A model generated the notes under the pieces. It saw nothing but the letters and a program-made list of their open reading frames with translations, was not told where the DNA came from and did no database searches. Positions 1-9,400 of a DNA stretch of 64,000 nt are shown here, in pieces. The stretch covers positions 832,001 to 896,000 of the forward strand of contig OZ241322.1 in NCBI GenBank assembly GCA_965199715.1, given 5' to 3'. Position 1 is the first letter of the stretch. Each line of letters opens with the position of its first letter. The position numbers and the translations under genes were made by a program. Origin of the DNA: Vicinamibacteria bacterium. GTDB taxonomy: Bacteria; Acidobacteriota; Vicinamibacteria; Marinacidobacterales; Marinacidobacteraceae.

Positions 1-423
1 CTTCCCTCGGGCGCCGCGGCGGGGGTGCCCACCGACGCGAAGCGTTCGGCCACGTTGCTCGTCCGGAGCGCGGACTACGTGATCTCCGGCGGGCGACACA
101 CTCGGCGCCGGCGCATGGATCGTCTTCCCCGCCACGGGGAGATTGGTGAGCGGGCGCCAGTCTCGCTTCGCCGAGAACCGCCCCATGTGGATCGTCACTT
201 CCGGCAGGGCGCCGAGCGCACTCAGATATGCCTGCTGGCGTCCGGGCGCTCGCGAGTCCGGATTCCCGGCGATGCGGGCCGTGAAGTACCGCACGCCCCC
301 AACCACCGCGTCACACCAAAACAGTTCACGGGCAAGGTCCACGAGGTTCAGCCACTTGAACGGAGTGCCTCGGACCGCCCCGTAGTGCAGGTTGAACCCG
401 TCAACGTAGACACGAACGCGCAT
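1..423 (-). CDS. NYN domain (LabA/DUF88, PIN-like) putative ribonuclease, 3' end runs off the window
   Basis: Manual translation of the minus strand from ATG 423: MRVRVYVDGFNLHYGAVRGTPFKWLNLVDLARELF...VRYFTARI...RQQAYLSAL...IHMGRF, open to position 1. The VYVDGFN and RYFTA motifs are typical of NYN proteins. Not in the ORF track because it has no stop within the window. Confidence 0.85.
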   Translation of the reverse strand, partial: MRVRVYVDGFNLHYGAVRGTPFKWLNLVDLARELFWCDAVVGGVRYFTARIAGNPDSRAPGRQQAYLSALGALPEVTIHMGRFSAKRDWRPLTNLPVAGKTIHAPAPSVSPAGDHVVRAPDEQRGRTLRVGGHPRRGARGK

Positions 424-469
424 CCCCATCCCGACGACTCCCGGAGCCGCACCGCAGGGCCCTCTGGAT

Positions 470-487
470 TCGGCGACCGGTCGCCGA
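470..487. repeat. Perfect 18-bp palindrome TCGGCGACCGGTCGCCGA upstream of the NYN gene
   Basis: Read directly from the sequence. Confidence 0.8.
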
Positions 488-536
488 CGGGTGGCTACTT
501 TTTCGAGATGGGCGCAGGAACCGGGGCGCGGTTCGT

Positions 537-715
537 CCCGGAAATACGCTGGGGCCGCCCGGCTGGACGGCCCCAGTACCGACGGCGCGCCGCCGGCCGG
601 TCAGAACATGGACTCTAGCGCATCCGAGCCGCCCGTCAAGGAGGAAATGCGCCCGGAATCACGCTGGGGCGGCCCAGTTGGACGGCCCCGGTACCGACGG
701 CGCGCCGCCGGCCGG
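537..715. repeat. Two 64-bp imperfect direct repeats (537-600, 652-715), each able to form hairpins
   Basis: Manual alignment gives 58/64 identity. Minus-strand copy 1 folds CTGGGGCCGTCC-AGCC-GGGCGGCCCCAG (12-bp stem with one G-U) preceded by a 7-bp stem. Confidence 0.9.
612..639 (-). promoter_or_regulatory. Putative sigma70 promoter TTGACG-N16-TAGAGT facing repeat copy 1 and the NYN gene
   Basis: Minus-strand -35 at 639-634 and -10 at 617-612. Confidence 0.55.
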
Positions 716-749
716 AAGCCCGGCGCATCGCTCGCCTAGGCTTCCCTGA

Positions 750-2594
750 ATGGCCTATCGCTCGCTCGCCGCGGCCGTCGCCGACCTTGAGCGGAACCGG
801 ATGCTCGTCCGGATTCCGAACGAGGTGGACGGCCACCTTGAAGCCGCCGAGATCCAGCGCCGGACCTACGCCGCACGCGGTCCGGCGATCCTCTTCGAGC
901 GGGTCAAGGGATCGCCGGTTCCGTGCGTCTCCAACCTCTTCGGAACGCCGGAGCGCGCCCGCTTCCTGCTCCGGCACGGGCTTGAGAACGCCAAGGCCGC
1001 CGTGCGCTACCGGGCGAAGCCGGGCCGGGTCCTCGCCGACCTCGGCCGGCCCCGGGAGCTGCTCCGCGCCGCCAACGCGGCGGTGCACTCGCTCCCCCGC
1101 CGTCGGTTCCGACCGGCGAGTCAGGCGGTGCGGATTCCGCCGGAGGAGATTCCGGCGATCACGTCGTGGCCCGACGACGGAGGCCCGTTCATCACGCTGC
1201 CGCAGGTCTTCACCGAGGAGCCGCCCGGAGGAAAGCCGCTCCGTTCGAACCTCGGGATGTACCGGGTGCAGCTCTCCGGCAACGACTACGCCCCGGGCGA
1301 GATCGGGCTGCACTACCAGATCCACCGGGGCGTCGGGGTCCACCACACGGCGGCGCGGGAGCGCGGCGAATCGCTGCGGGTGAGCATCTTCATGGGCGGC
1401 CCGCCGGCGCACACGCTCGCCGCGATCATGCCGCTGCCGGAGGGCCTCTCCGAGCTGCTGTTCGCCGGGATGCTCGGCGGGCGGCCGTTCCGCTGGGCGC
1501 GGGACCCGGACGGCTTCCTCGTTTCGGCGGACGCCGACTTCACGATCACTGGCTGGGTGGATCCGGAGCGCACGCTCCCCGAGGGTCCGTTCGGCGACCA
1601 TCTCGGCTACTACAGCCTGACGCATCCCTTCCCGGTGCTCACGATCGGGCGCGTCCACCGCCGGAGGGACGCGATCTGGCCGTTCACGGTCGTGGGCCGG
1701 CCCCCGCAGGAGGACGCCTCGTTCGGGTCGCTCATCCACGAGATCACCGAGCCGATGGTGCCCGAGACCCTGCCCGGGGTGCATTCCGTCCACGCGGTGG
1801 ACGCCGCCGGGGTGCACCCGCTGCTGCTCGCCGTGGGCAGCGAGCGCTACGTGCCCTTCGCGGAACGGCGGCCCCGGGAGCTGTGGACCATCGCCAACGC
1901 GATCCTCGGGTTCGGGCAGTGCTCGCTCGCGAAGTACCTGTTCCTCGCCGCGAAGGAGGACGACCCGGCCCTGACCGCCTCCGACGTGCCGGCGCTCCTC
2001 GGCCACGTGCTGGAGCGCGCCGACTTCCGCACCGACCTGCACTTCCAGACCGCCACGACCATCGACACGCTCGACTACTCGGGCACGGGGCTCAACATGG
2101 GCTCCAAGCTCATCGTCGCCGGAGCCGGGCATCCGAGGCGCAAGCTCGCGAACGCGATTCCCCGCGAATACGGCGAGGCCATCCCCGAAGGGTTTCACGG
2201 CCTGCGCCTCGTGCTGCCCGGCGTCGCAGTCCTCGGCGGGCCTCCCTTCCGGGGCCGGGCCGAACGCGATCTGAGGCCGTTGTTCGAGGCGCTGGACGCG
2301 GCGCGAACCGACCTCGCCGGGATTCCGTTTCTGGTGTTGTGCGACGACCCGGGGATGGCCGCAGAAAGCCTGCGGAACCTGCTCTGGGTCGCCTTCACCC
2401 GCTCCAACCCCTCGCACGACGTCCACGGCCGCAACGCCGCCATCCGCGACAAGCACTGGTCGTGCGAGGAGCCTCTGGTGCTGGACGCCCGCCGGAAGCC
2501 CCACCACGCCCCGCCGCTGGTCGAGGATCCGGCGGTCACGCGGAAGGTGGACGCGCTCGCCGCTCCGGGAGGGCCGCTCCACGGCGTCCTGTAG
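750..2594 (+). CDS. UbiD family (prFMN-dependent) decarboxylase
   Basis: NLGMYRVQ, EGPFGDHLGYY, VVGRPPQED and DTLDYSG motifs; 614 aa. Confidence 0.9.
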   Translation: MAYRSLAAAVADLERNRMLVRIPNEVDGHLEAAEIQRRTYAARGPAILFERVKGSPVPCVSNLFGTPERARFLLRHGLENAKAAVRYRAKPGRVLADLGRPRELLRAANAAVHSLPRRRFRPASQAVRIPPEEIPAITSWPDDGGPFITLPQVFTEEPPGGKPLRSNLGMYRVQLSGNDYAPGEIGLHYQIHRGVGVHHTAARERGESLRVSIFMGGPPAHTLAAIMPLPEGLSELLFAGMLGGRPFRWARDPDGFLVSADADFTITGWVDPERTLPEGPFGDHLGYYSLTHPFPVLTIGRVHRRRDAIWPFTVVGRPPQEDASFGSLIHEITEPMVPETLPGVHSVHAVDAAGVHPLLLAVGSERYVPFAERRPRELWTIANAILGFGQCSLAKYLFLAAKEDDPALTASDVPALLGHVLERADFRTDLHFQTATTIDTLDYSGTGLNMGSKLIVAGAGHPRRKLANAIPREYGEAIPEGFHGLRLVLPGVAVLGGPPFRGRAERDLRPLFEALDAARTDLAGIPFLVLCDDPGMAAESLRNLLWVAFTRSNPSHDVHGRNAAIRDKHWSCEEPLVLDARRKPHHAPPLVEDPAVTRKVDALAAPGGPLHGVL

Positions 2595-2687
2595 GCGCCG
2601 CGCCTCCGCACTCCGGTACGATCGGCGCCCGACTCTCGAGCGTTCCGTTCGGGATCGGTCACGCACTGTTACGGGAGGAACTCCGAC

Positions 2688-5606
2688 ATGACCAGCGCAC
2701 ACCGCTCCAGGCTTCGTGGAAATCCGCGGCGTGGCCGGCGGGGCATTTGTGCGGGGGCGGCCGTTGCGGCCGCCCTGCTGCTCGCGACTCCCGCGTTCGC
2801 CCAGTACGGGCAGATCGAGGGAACCGTCGCGGACTCCACCGGGGCCGTCCTTCCGGGCGCGACGGTCACCGCGACGAACGACGCCACCGGCGTGTCCCGT
2901 TCCGCCGTGACCGACGCGGGAGGCGGCTACCGCCTGCCGGCGCTGCTTCCCGGCGCTTGGTCGGTGACCGCCGAACTGACCGGGTTCGGCACGGTCGTCA
3001 ACCAGAGCGTCGCGCTGTCGATCCAGCAGACCATCGTCATGAACTTCGAGATGGGCCTCGCCCAGGTCGAGGAAATGGTGACCGTCACCGGCGCCGCGCC
3101 GCTTCTGGACACGCGCCGCTCCGACGTCTCGACTTCGGTCTCCGACCTCCAGATCCAGGACCTGCCGGTCGCCTCCCGGCGCTGGGTGGACCTCGCGCTG
3201 CTGACGCCGGGCACCAGCCAGGACGCCATCCGGGGCTTCTACTACCGGGGCAACGTGAACATGGGCGGCGGCGGGCGCTACTACGCCAACGGATTCATCG
3301 TGGACGGCGTGAACAACACGTGGGCCGAGATGGGCGAGGCGCGGCAGAACTTCCCCATGGACGCCATCGGCGAGTTCCAGATCACGACCAGCAACTTCAA
3401 GGCGGAGTACGGCCTCGCCACCGGCGGGCTGATGACGGTGGTGACCAAGTCGGGCACCAACAATTTCGCCGGCAGCGGGTTCTGGTTCTTCCGCGACCGG
3501 TCGCTCACCGAACTCACCTACCAGCAAAAGGAGTTCGCGGCCGACGACCCGGACTTCGAGGAGCCCGCCTACCGGCGCCACCAGTTCGGCGGCTCGCTCG
3601 GCGGCCCGATCCGGGAGGATCGCACCCACTTCTTCTTCGCCTACGAGCGGACCAACGAGGAGCTCTTCTACGACATCTCCACCGGCGGCGTGTTCCCCGA
3701 GCACGAGGGCACGTTCCCGAAGGACGAGTGGCGCTACATGTGGCTCGCCCGGATCAACCATCAGGTGAACGAGGACCACTCGGTCTGGCTGCGCGTCGCG
3801 TGGGAGAACGAGTATCGGCCGAACCTCAACGCCCGCGGGATCACCACCGAGGGATTCGACTTCGCCGTGCCCCGCAACGCGGAGGTCGTCGGATGGACGT
3901 GGGTGGCCGGCGAGGACGCCCTGAACGAGTTCCGCTTCCAGCGGGCGTTCTCCAAGTACGAGGTCAGCCCGGCGTTCAGCGCCGGCTCCTACGACGCGGG
4001 CGACTTCAGCGACGAGCGGCTGGGCCTGTGCGACGTGAACATCCGTCGCCCGAACCTCCGAACCGGCTCCTGCAACGACCAGATGGGCCCCGAGTACCGC
4101 TGGCAGTTCAAGGACGACCTGACCCTGTTCCGGCAGGGGTTCGGCGGAACCCACCAGCTCAAGCTCGGCTTCGACTACAACTGGATCGACTTCTCCGCGG
4201 ACATCGTGAACAACTACGCGGGGACGTTCACCTTCGACACGAACGCGCCCTTCGACACGAACGACCCGGACACCTACCCGATCCAGTACTCCCAGTCGCA
4301 GCCGCGCTACGACGAGGTGCCCGTCCACCACTTCTCGGTGTACGCGCAGGACGACTGGGTGAGCGACCGGCTCACCCTGAACCTCGGACTCCGCTACGAC
4401 CTCCAGTCGGGCACGTTCAACGAGGACATCACCTCGATCCAGTTCCCGATCCCGGTGCCCTTCCACGACGGGGCCGACCGCCGCGGCGACCTGAACAACC
4501 TGGGTCCCCGCATCGGGTTCGTCTATGACCTTTCGCGCGAGGGGACCGGGCGCACGACGGTGAAGGGCGGCTACGGCAAGTTCTTCGAGAACATCCGGAC
4601 GCTGACCAACTTCGGCGAGCGGTGGTGGCACCAGGCCTCGACGATCATCATCAACGACCCGGACTTCCTCGACCCGCTCGGCGGCCGTTCCCGCGAGGAG
4701 TACCTCTCGACCGCGGCTCCCAACATCACGATCCTCGACAACGACTACGAGCAGCCGTACGCCCACCACTTCAACGTGGGCGTGGCCCATCAACTGGGCG
4801 AGACCGCCGCGCTGTCGCTGGACCTGACCCGGGTCATGACCCGCGCCGACGCGATGCGACGCGTGAACCTCAACTACGCCATCGACGGCGTGCGTCCGTA
4901 TCCGCAGTTCCGCCGGGTGGACGCCACGTACTCGCTGCTCGACCACGACTACTCGGCGTTCTACGCCAAGTTCGAGAAGCGGTACTCCGACAACTGGCAG
5001 TTCCTCGTGAGCTACACGCTCGCCAAGTCGGACTCGACCGAGCTGTGGACCCGCAACACGAACCCGAGCGGCTGGCATCCGGAGTTCCCGGGGTACACCG
5101 AGGTGACCCGCCCCGGCGACACCGACCGCCGGCATCGGCTCGTGTCCAGCGGCATCCTCACGCTTCCGGGCGACATCCGGCTCTCGGCGATCCTCGACTA
5201 CCGCTCGCCGCTTCCGGTGCGGGTGGACTCGGGAACCAACCTGAACGGCGACGACTACGGCGGCGACCTCGCTCCGGGGTTCTCCGCGGACAACGCCTAC
5301 GGCTGCCGCAACCTCGACCTCTCGGCGGCGAACGCCTATCGGCAGTCCATCGGGCAGGCGGCGGCCAGCGGCTTCGAGTGCTCCAACTTCCTGAACGTGG
5401 ACTTCCGCGCCTCGTGGGGCATGTATCTCGGGATCCACCGCTTCGAGGTGGTGGCGCAGGCGCTGAACGTGTTCGACCGGGCGAACTTCGACACGCCGGT
5501 CGGCAACCTGCGTTCCGGGAGCTTCGGCGAGAACGACCTGTCGCTGGCCTCGAACATCAACGCGCCGTCCCGCCAGTTCGAGCTGGCGCTGCGCTACTCG
5601 TTCTGA
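2688..5606 (+). CDS. TonB-dependent receptor (Oar-like, N-terminal carboxypeptidase regulatory-like domain)
   Basis: Signal peptide, GTVADSTGAVLPGATVT, TKSGTN, YAQDDW, LNLGLRYD and C-terminal LRYSF. Confidence 0.9.
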   Translation: MTSAHRSRLRGNPRRGRRGICAGAAVAAALLLATPAFAQYGQIEGTVADSTGAVLPGATVTATNDATGVSRSAVTDAGGGYRLPALLPGAWSVTAELTGFGTVVNQSVALSIQQTIVMNFEMGLAQVEEMVTVTGAAPLLDTRRSDVSTSVSDLQIQDLPVASRRWVDLALLTPGTSQDAIRGFYYRGNVNMGGGGRYYANGFIVDGVNNTWAEMGEARQNFPMDAIGEFQITTSNFKAEYGLATGGLMTVVTKSGTNNFAGSGFWFFRDRSLTELTYQQKEFAADDPDFEEPAYRRHQFGGSLGGPIREDRTHFFFAYERTNEELFYDISTGGVFPEHEGTFPKDEWRYMWLARINHQVNEDHSVWLRVAWENEYRPNLNARGITTEGFDFAVPRNAEVVGWTWVAGEDALNEFRFQRAFSKYEVSPAFSAGSYDAGDFSDERLGLCDVNIRRPNLRTGSCNDQMGPEYRWQFKDDLTLFRQGFGGTHQLKLGFDYNWIDFSADIVNNYAGTFTFDTNAPFDTNDPDTYPIQYSQSQPRYDEVPVHHFSVYAQDDWVSDRLTLNLGLRYDLQSGTFNEDITSIQFPIPVPFHDGADRRGDLNNLGPRIGFVYDLSREGTGRTTVKGGYGKFFENIRTLTNFGERWWHQASTIIINDPDFLDPLGGRSREEYLSTAAPNITILDNDYEQPYAHHFNVGVAHQLGETAALSLDLTRVMTRADAMRRVNLNYAIDGVRPYPQFRRVDATYSLLDHDYSAFYAKFEKRYSDNWQFLVSYTLAKSDSTELWTRNTNPSGWHPEFPGYTEVTRPGDTDRRHRLVSSGILTLPGDIRLSAILDYRSPLPVRVDSGTNLNGDDYGGDLAPGFSADNAYGCRNLDLSAANAYRQSIGQAAASGFECSNFLNVDFRASWGMYLGIHRFEVVAQALNVFDRANFDTPVGNLRSGSFGENDLSLASNINAPSRQFELALRYSF

Positions 5607-6019
5607 GCCGGCGCGCAGGGCGCCTCGATTCCGATCGGGGCGCCCTCGCCGAACCGGGCGCTGTCCGAGCGCTTGACGTACCACTCCCAGCGCGCCCCGT
5701 CGGGGTCGGTCACCCACGTCTCGGTCTTGCCGGCGTAGCAGCAGGCGGCGTCCTCGACCGAGGTCGGGGCGAGCCCCTCGCGCTGGAGCCGCGCCTCCGC
5801 CTCGACGACCTCCTCGCCCGTACCGACCTCGACGCCGAGATGGTTGATGGTGGCGCCCTCGGACCCCTCGAACAGCACGAGCTTCAGCGGCGGGTTCGCG
5901 ATGGCGAAGTTGGCGTAGCCGGGCTTCACCTTGGCGGGGGGCGTGTCGAACATCCGCGAGTAGAAGTCGATGGCCTGCTCGAGGTCGGTCACGTTCAGGG
6001 CGAGCTGGAGTCGGGACAT
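5594..6019 (-). CDS. arsI: ArsI/CadI family VOC (glyoxalase-like) metalloenzyme
   Basis: MSRLQLALNV...NHLGVEV...CCYA...WVTDPDGARWEWY; downstream of arsR. Confidence 0.8.
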   Translation of the reverse strand: MSRLQLALNVTDLEQAIDFYSRMFDTPPAKVKPGYANFAIANPPLKLVLFEGSEGATINHLGVEVGTGEEVVEAEARLQREGLAPTSVEDAACCYAGKTETWVTDPDGARWEWYVKRSDSARFGEGAPIGIEAPCAPAQNE

Positions 6020-6324
6020 GGGGATTCCTCCGTGGGAGCCGCCGAGCAACACTCGGCGGTCAGAAAGGTCAGGAGCCGGTTCATCAGCGCGAAGTCCGGG
6101 CGGGTGCGCACCTCGCGCCCCCGCTGCTCCTGCGTGACGAGCCCCGCCCGGCGGAGCGCGTCGAGATGGAAGGCGACGGTGGAAGGCGGCGCGCCGGCGG
6201 AACGCACGAGCGCGCCGACGGTCAGGCCGGCGGGACCCGAACGCACGAGCGCCCGGTAGAGCCCGAGCCGGGTCGGGTTCCCGAGCGCGCCGAGGCTGCG
6301 CGCCGCGTCTTCCGGGGTCACCAC
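5995..6324 (-). CDS. arsR: ArsR/SmtB family transcriptional regulator
   Basis: ALGNPTRLGLYRAL...STVAFHL...AGLV...GR wHTH with C-terminal CC pair (LTAECC). Confidence 0.85.
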   Translation of the reverse strand: MVTPEDAARSLGALGNPTRLGLYRALVRSGPAGLTVGALVRSAGAPPSTVAFHLDALRRAGLVTQEQRGREVRTRPDFALMNRLLTFLTAECCSAAPTEESPCPDSSSP

Positions 6325-6345
6325 ATAACTATATCACTGGTTATA
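6325..6345. promoter_or_regulatory. AT-rich inverted repeat ATAAC-N10-GTTAT, candidate ArsR operator/promoter
   Basis: Immediately upstream of the arsR start, overlapping minus-strand TATAGT/TATAAC hexamers. Confidence 0.45.
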
Positions 6346-6402
6346 TCGTCCTCGTCAGAACCTGACGCGCTCTCCAGAGGATCAGCCGTACACTCGCCAA
6401 CC

Positions 6403-9400
6403 ATGGGGTTTCACGAGACACTGGAACAACTCCGGGCGCAGGCGACCACATCAACCGAACAGGGGCAGCTCTTCGAACGCCTCATGAAGCGGTTCTTCCA
6501 GTTGGACCCGGTGTACCGGGACCGCTTCTCGAATGTCTGGCTCTGGTCGGAGTGGGCCAAGGACCGGCCCGGCTTCACGGCGCAGGACATCGGGATCGAC
6601 CTCGTCGCCGAGGAGCGGGGCGGCGGCGTCTGCGCCATCCAGTGCAAGTTCCACGGACCGAACACCAAGATCCAGAAACCTGCGATCGACTCGTTCATCG
6701 CCGCCTCGGCGCAGGAGGCGTTCACCGGGCGGCTGATGGTGGACACCGGCAAGGAGTGGGGCGACAACGCGATCAAGACCATCGAGAAGGTCACCCCCGC
6801 TTGTCAGGTTCTCCAGACCGCGGAACTGGCCAAGGCCGCCATCCACTGGCCGGATCTCGCGCAACAGGCCCCGGAGGACATCCGCCGGGCGGAAAAGCTC
6901 ACGCTGCGGCGGCACCAACGCGAAACCGTCCACGACGTCCAGAAAGGGTTTCAATCAAACGACCGGGGCAAGCTGGTCATGGCGTGCGGCACCGGCAAGA
7001 CGTTGGCCGCGCTCGCGATCGCCGAGCGGGAAGCCGGCGTGGGCGGCAGGGTCCTCTATCTCGTCCCGTCCATCTCGCTCTTCCAGCAGTCGATGCGGGC
7101 GTGGGCCGAGCAGCGGACCGTCCCCCACCACTACGTGGGCATCTGCTCGGACACGCGTGCGGGGAAAGAGGACGAGGACGCCTCGATCCAGGAGCTGGAG
7201 ATCCCGGTCACGACCAACCCCGAGAAGATCGGCGAGGCGCTCGGGAAGAACCGGCCCACGTCCATGACGGTGGTGTTCTCGACCTACCAGTCGCTGCCGC
7301 TGGTGCAGGCGGCGCAGGACGACGGCGCTCCCGCCTTCAACCTCGTGATCTGCGACGAGGCGCACCGGACGACCGGCGTGGACAAGCCCGGCGACAAGAC
7401 CTCGCCGTTCGTCCTCGTCCACGACCGGAACGCGATCCGGGCCGAGAAGCGGCTCTACATGACCGCGACCCCGCGCCTCTACACCGCCGGGGCCAAGGCG
7501 AAGGCCGCCCACCATTCGGTGGAAGTGTTCTCAATGGACGACGAGGCGACCTACGGCCCGGAGTTCCACCGGCTGCGCTTCTCGGACGCGGTCGAGCAGG
7601 ACCTGCTGTCGGACTACAAGGTCGTCATCTTCGCCATGTCGGAGGAGCACGCGGCGGCGGCGCTCCAGAAGCACCTCGCGACCGACGAGGGCGAGATCAA
7701 GCTGGACGACGCGGCCAAGATCGTCGGCTGCTGGCGGGCGCTCCAGAACCCCGAGGACAAGAAGCCCGGGGACGGCCCCATCCAGCCGCTCCGCCGGGCC
7801 ATCGCCTTCACCAACAAGATCAAGTCCTCAAAGCTCGTCACGAAGCACTGGGGCGGCATCGTCGAGCAGGCCGTCAAGCAGTTGCCCGAGGACGAGCGCG
7901 ACGGAGCGTTCCGCTGCGAGCTGGAGCACGTGGACGGCCAGCACCACGCCCTCGACCGGAAGAGCCGCCTCGAATGGCTGAAGGAGGACTCCGAAGGGGC
8001 CTGCCGCATCCTCTCGAACGCCCGCTGCCTGTCGGAGGGCATCGACGTGCCGGCGCTCGACGCCGTCCTGTTCCTCAGTCCAAGGAACAGTCAGGTGGAC
8101 ATCGTGCAGGCCGTGGGCCGCGCCATGCGGAAGGCCCCCGGCAAGAAGTACGGCTACATCGTCATCCCGATCGCCGTACCCGCCGGAACCGACCCGGCGA
8201 GAGCGCTCGACGACAACAAGCGCTTCGCGGCGCTCTGGGGCGTGCTCCGGGCGCTGCGGTCCCACGACGACCGCTTCAACGCGGAAATCAACAAGATCGA
8301 TCTCAACCGGAACAAGGGCTCCCGGATCATCCTCATCAACGGGAACGGCCCGCGCCCCGTCCCAATCCCGTTCCCGACGCTCGACCTGCCGCCGGGCGCC
8401 ATCTTCGCCAAGATCGTCGAGAAGTGCGGCGACCGGAAGTACTGGGAGTCGTGGGCGAAGGACGTGGCCGACATCTTCTCGCGCCTCGTCGTCCGCATCG
8501 ACGACCTGCTGGCCACTCCCGAGAGCGACACCCTGCGCGAGTGGTTCGACGCCTTCCTCGACGAACTGAAGGAATCCATCAACGACTCCATCACGCGCAA
8601 GGACGCCGTCAGCATGATGGCGCAGCACATCCTCACCCGCCCGGTGTTCGAGGCGCTGTTCGAGAACTACGACTTCGCATCGAACAACCCGGTGGCCCGG
8701 GCGCTCGACGAGCTCAGGAAGGACTTCGGCGAGTTCGGGCTGGAGAACGAGATCCGGGATCTGGAGGGCTTCTACCAAAGCGTGCGGCAGCGGGCGCGGG
8801 GCCTCGACAACAGCGAGGCGCGGCAGAAAGTCCTGATGGAGCTCTACGAGAACTTCTTCGCGACCGCGCTGAAGAAGGAAGCCGACCGCCTCGGCATCGT
8901 GTACACGCCGGTCGAAGTCGTGGACTTCATCCTGCATAGCGCCGACCACGTGCTGCGGCAGGAGTTCGGTCGCTCGCTCGGCGACGAGGGCGTCCACGTC
9001 ATGGACCCGTTCACCGGAACGGGCATCTTCCCGGTGCGGCTCCTCCAGTCAGGCCTGATCCCGAACGAAGACCTCGAACGCAAGTACCGGGAGGAACTCC
9101 ACGCCAACGAGATCATGCTGCTCGCCTACTACATCGCGGCGGTGCACATCGAGGAGGCGTACCACGGCAGGCGCGGAGCGGGAAGCGGTTACGAACCGTT
9201 CGAGGGGATCGTCCTCACGGATACGTTCAATCTCCAGACGAAGAAGGGAACGCTCCCCTACGACTGGCTCCCGGCGAACAGCGAACGCCTGAAGCGCCAG
9301 CAGGAACTTCCGATCGAGGTGATCGTGGGGAATCCTCCGTGGTCCGCTGGCCAGCGCAGTTCAGCGGACGACAACCCGAACGTCGCCTATCCGGCGCTGG

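Noticed and set aside
25-618. 197-aa plus-strand ORF
   Set aside because: Antisense shadow of the NYN gene, whose motifs are clear on the minus strand
537-715. Possible CRISPR mini-array
   Set aside because: Only two copies, 64 bp is too long, the spacer contains a promoter-like element and no cas genes are in the window
636-5717. Very long alternative ORFs (also 12741-16094, 20286-24698, 28561-33246, 46410-49148 and others)
   Set aside because: Antisense or off-frame shadows of recognisable genes, expected in high-GC DNA; Arg/Gly/Pro-rich with no motifs
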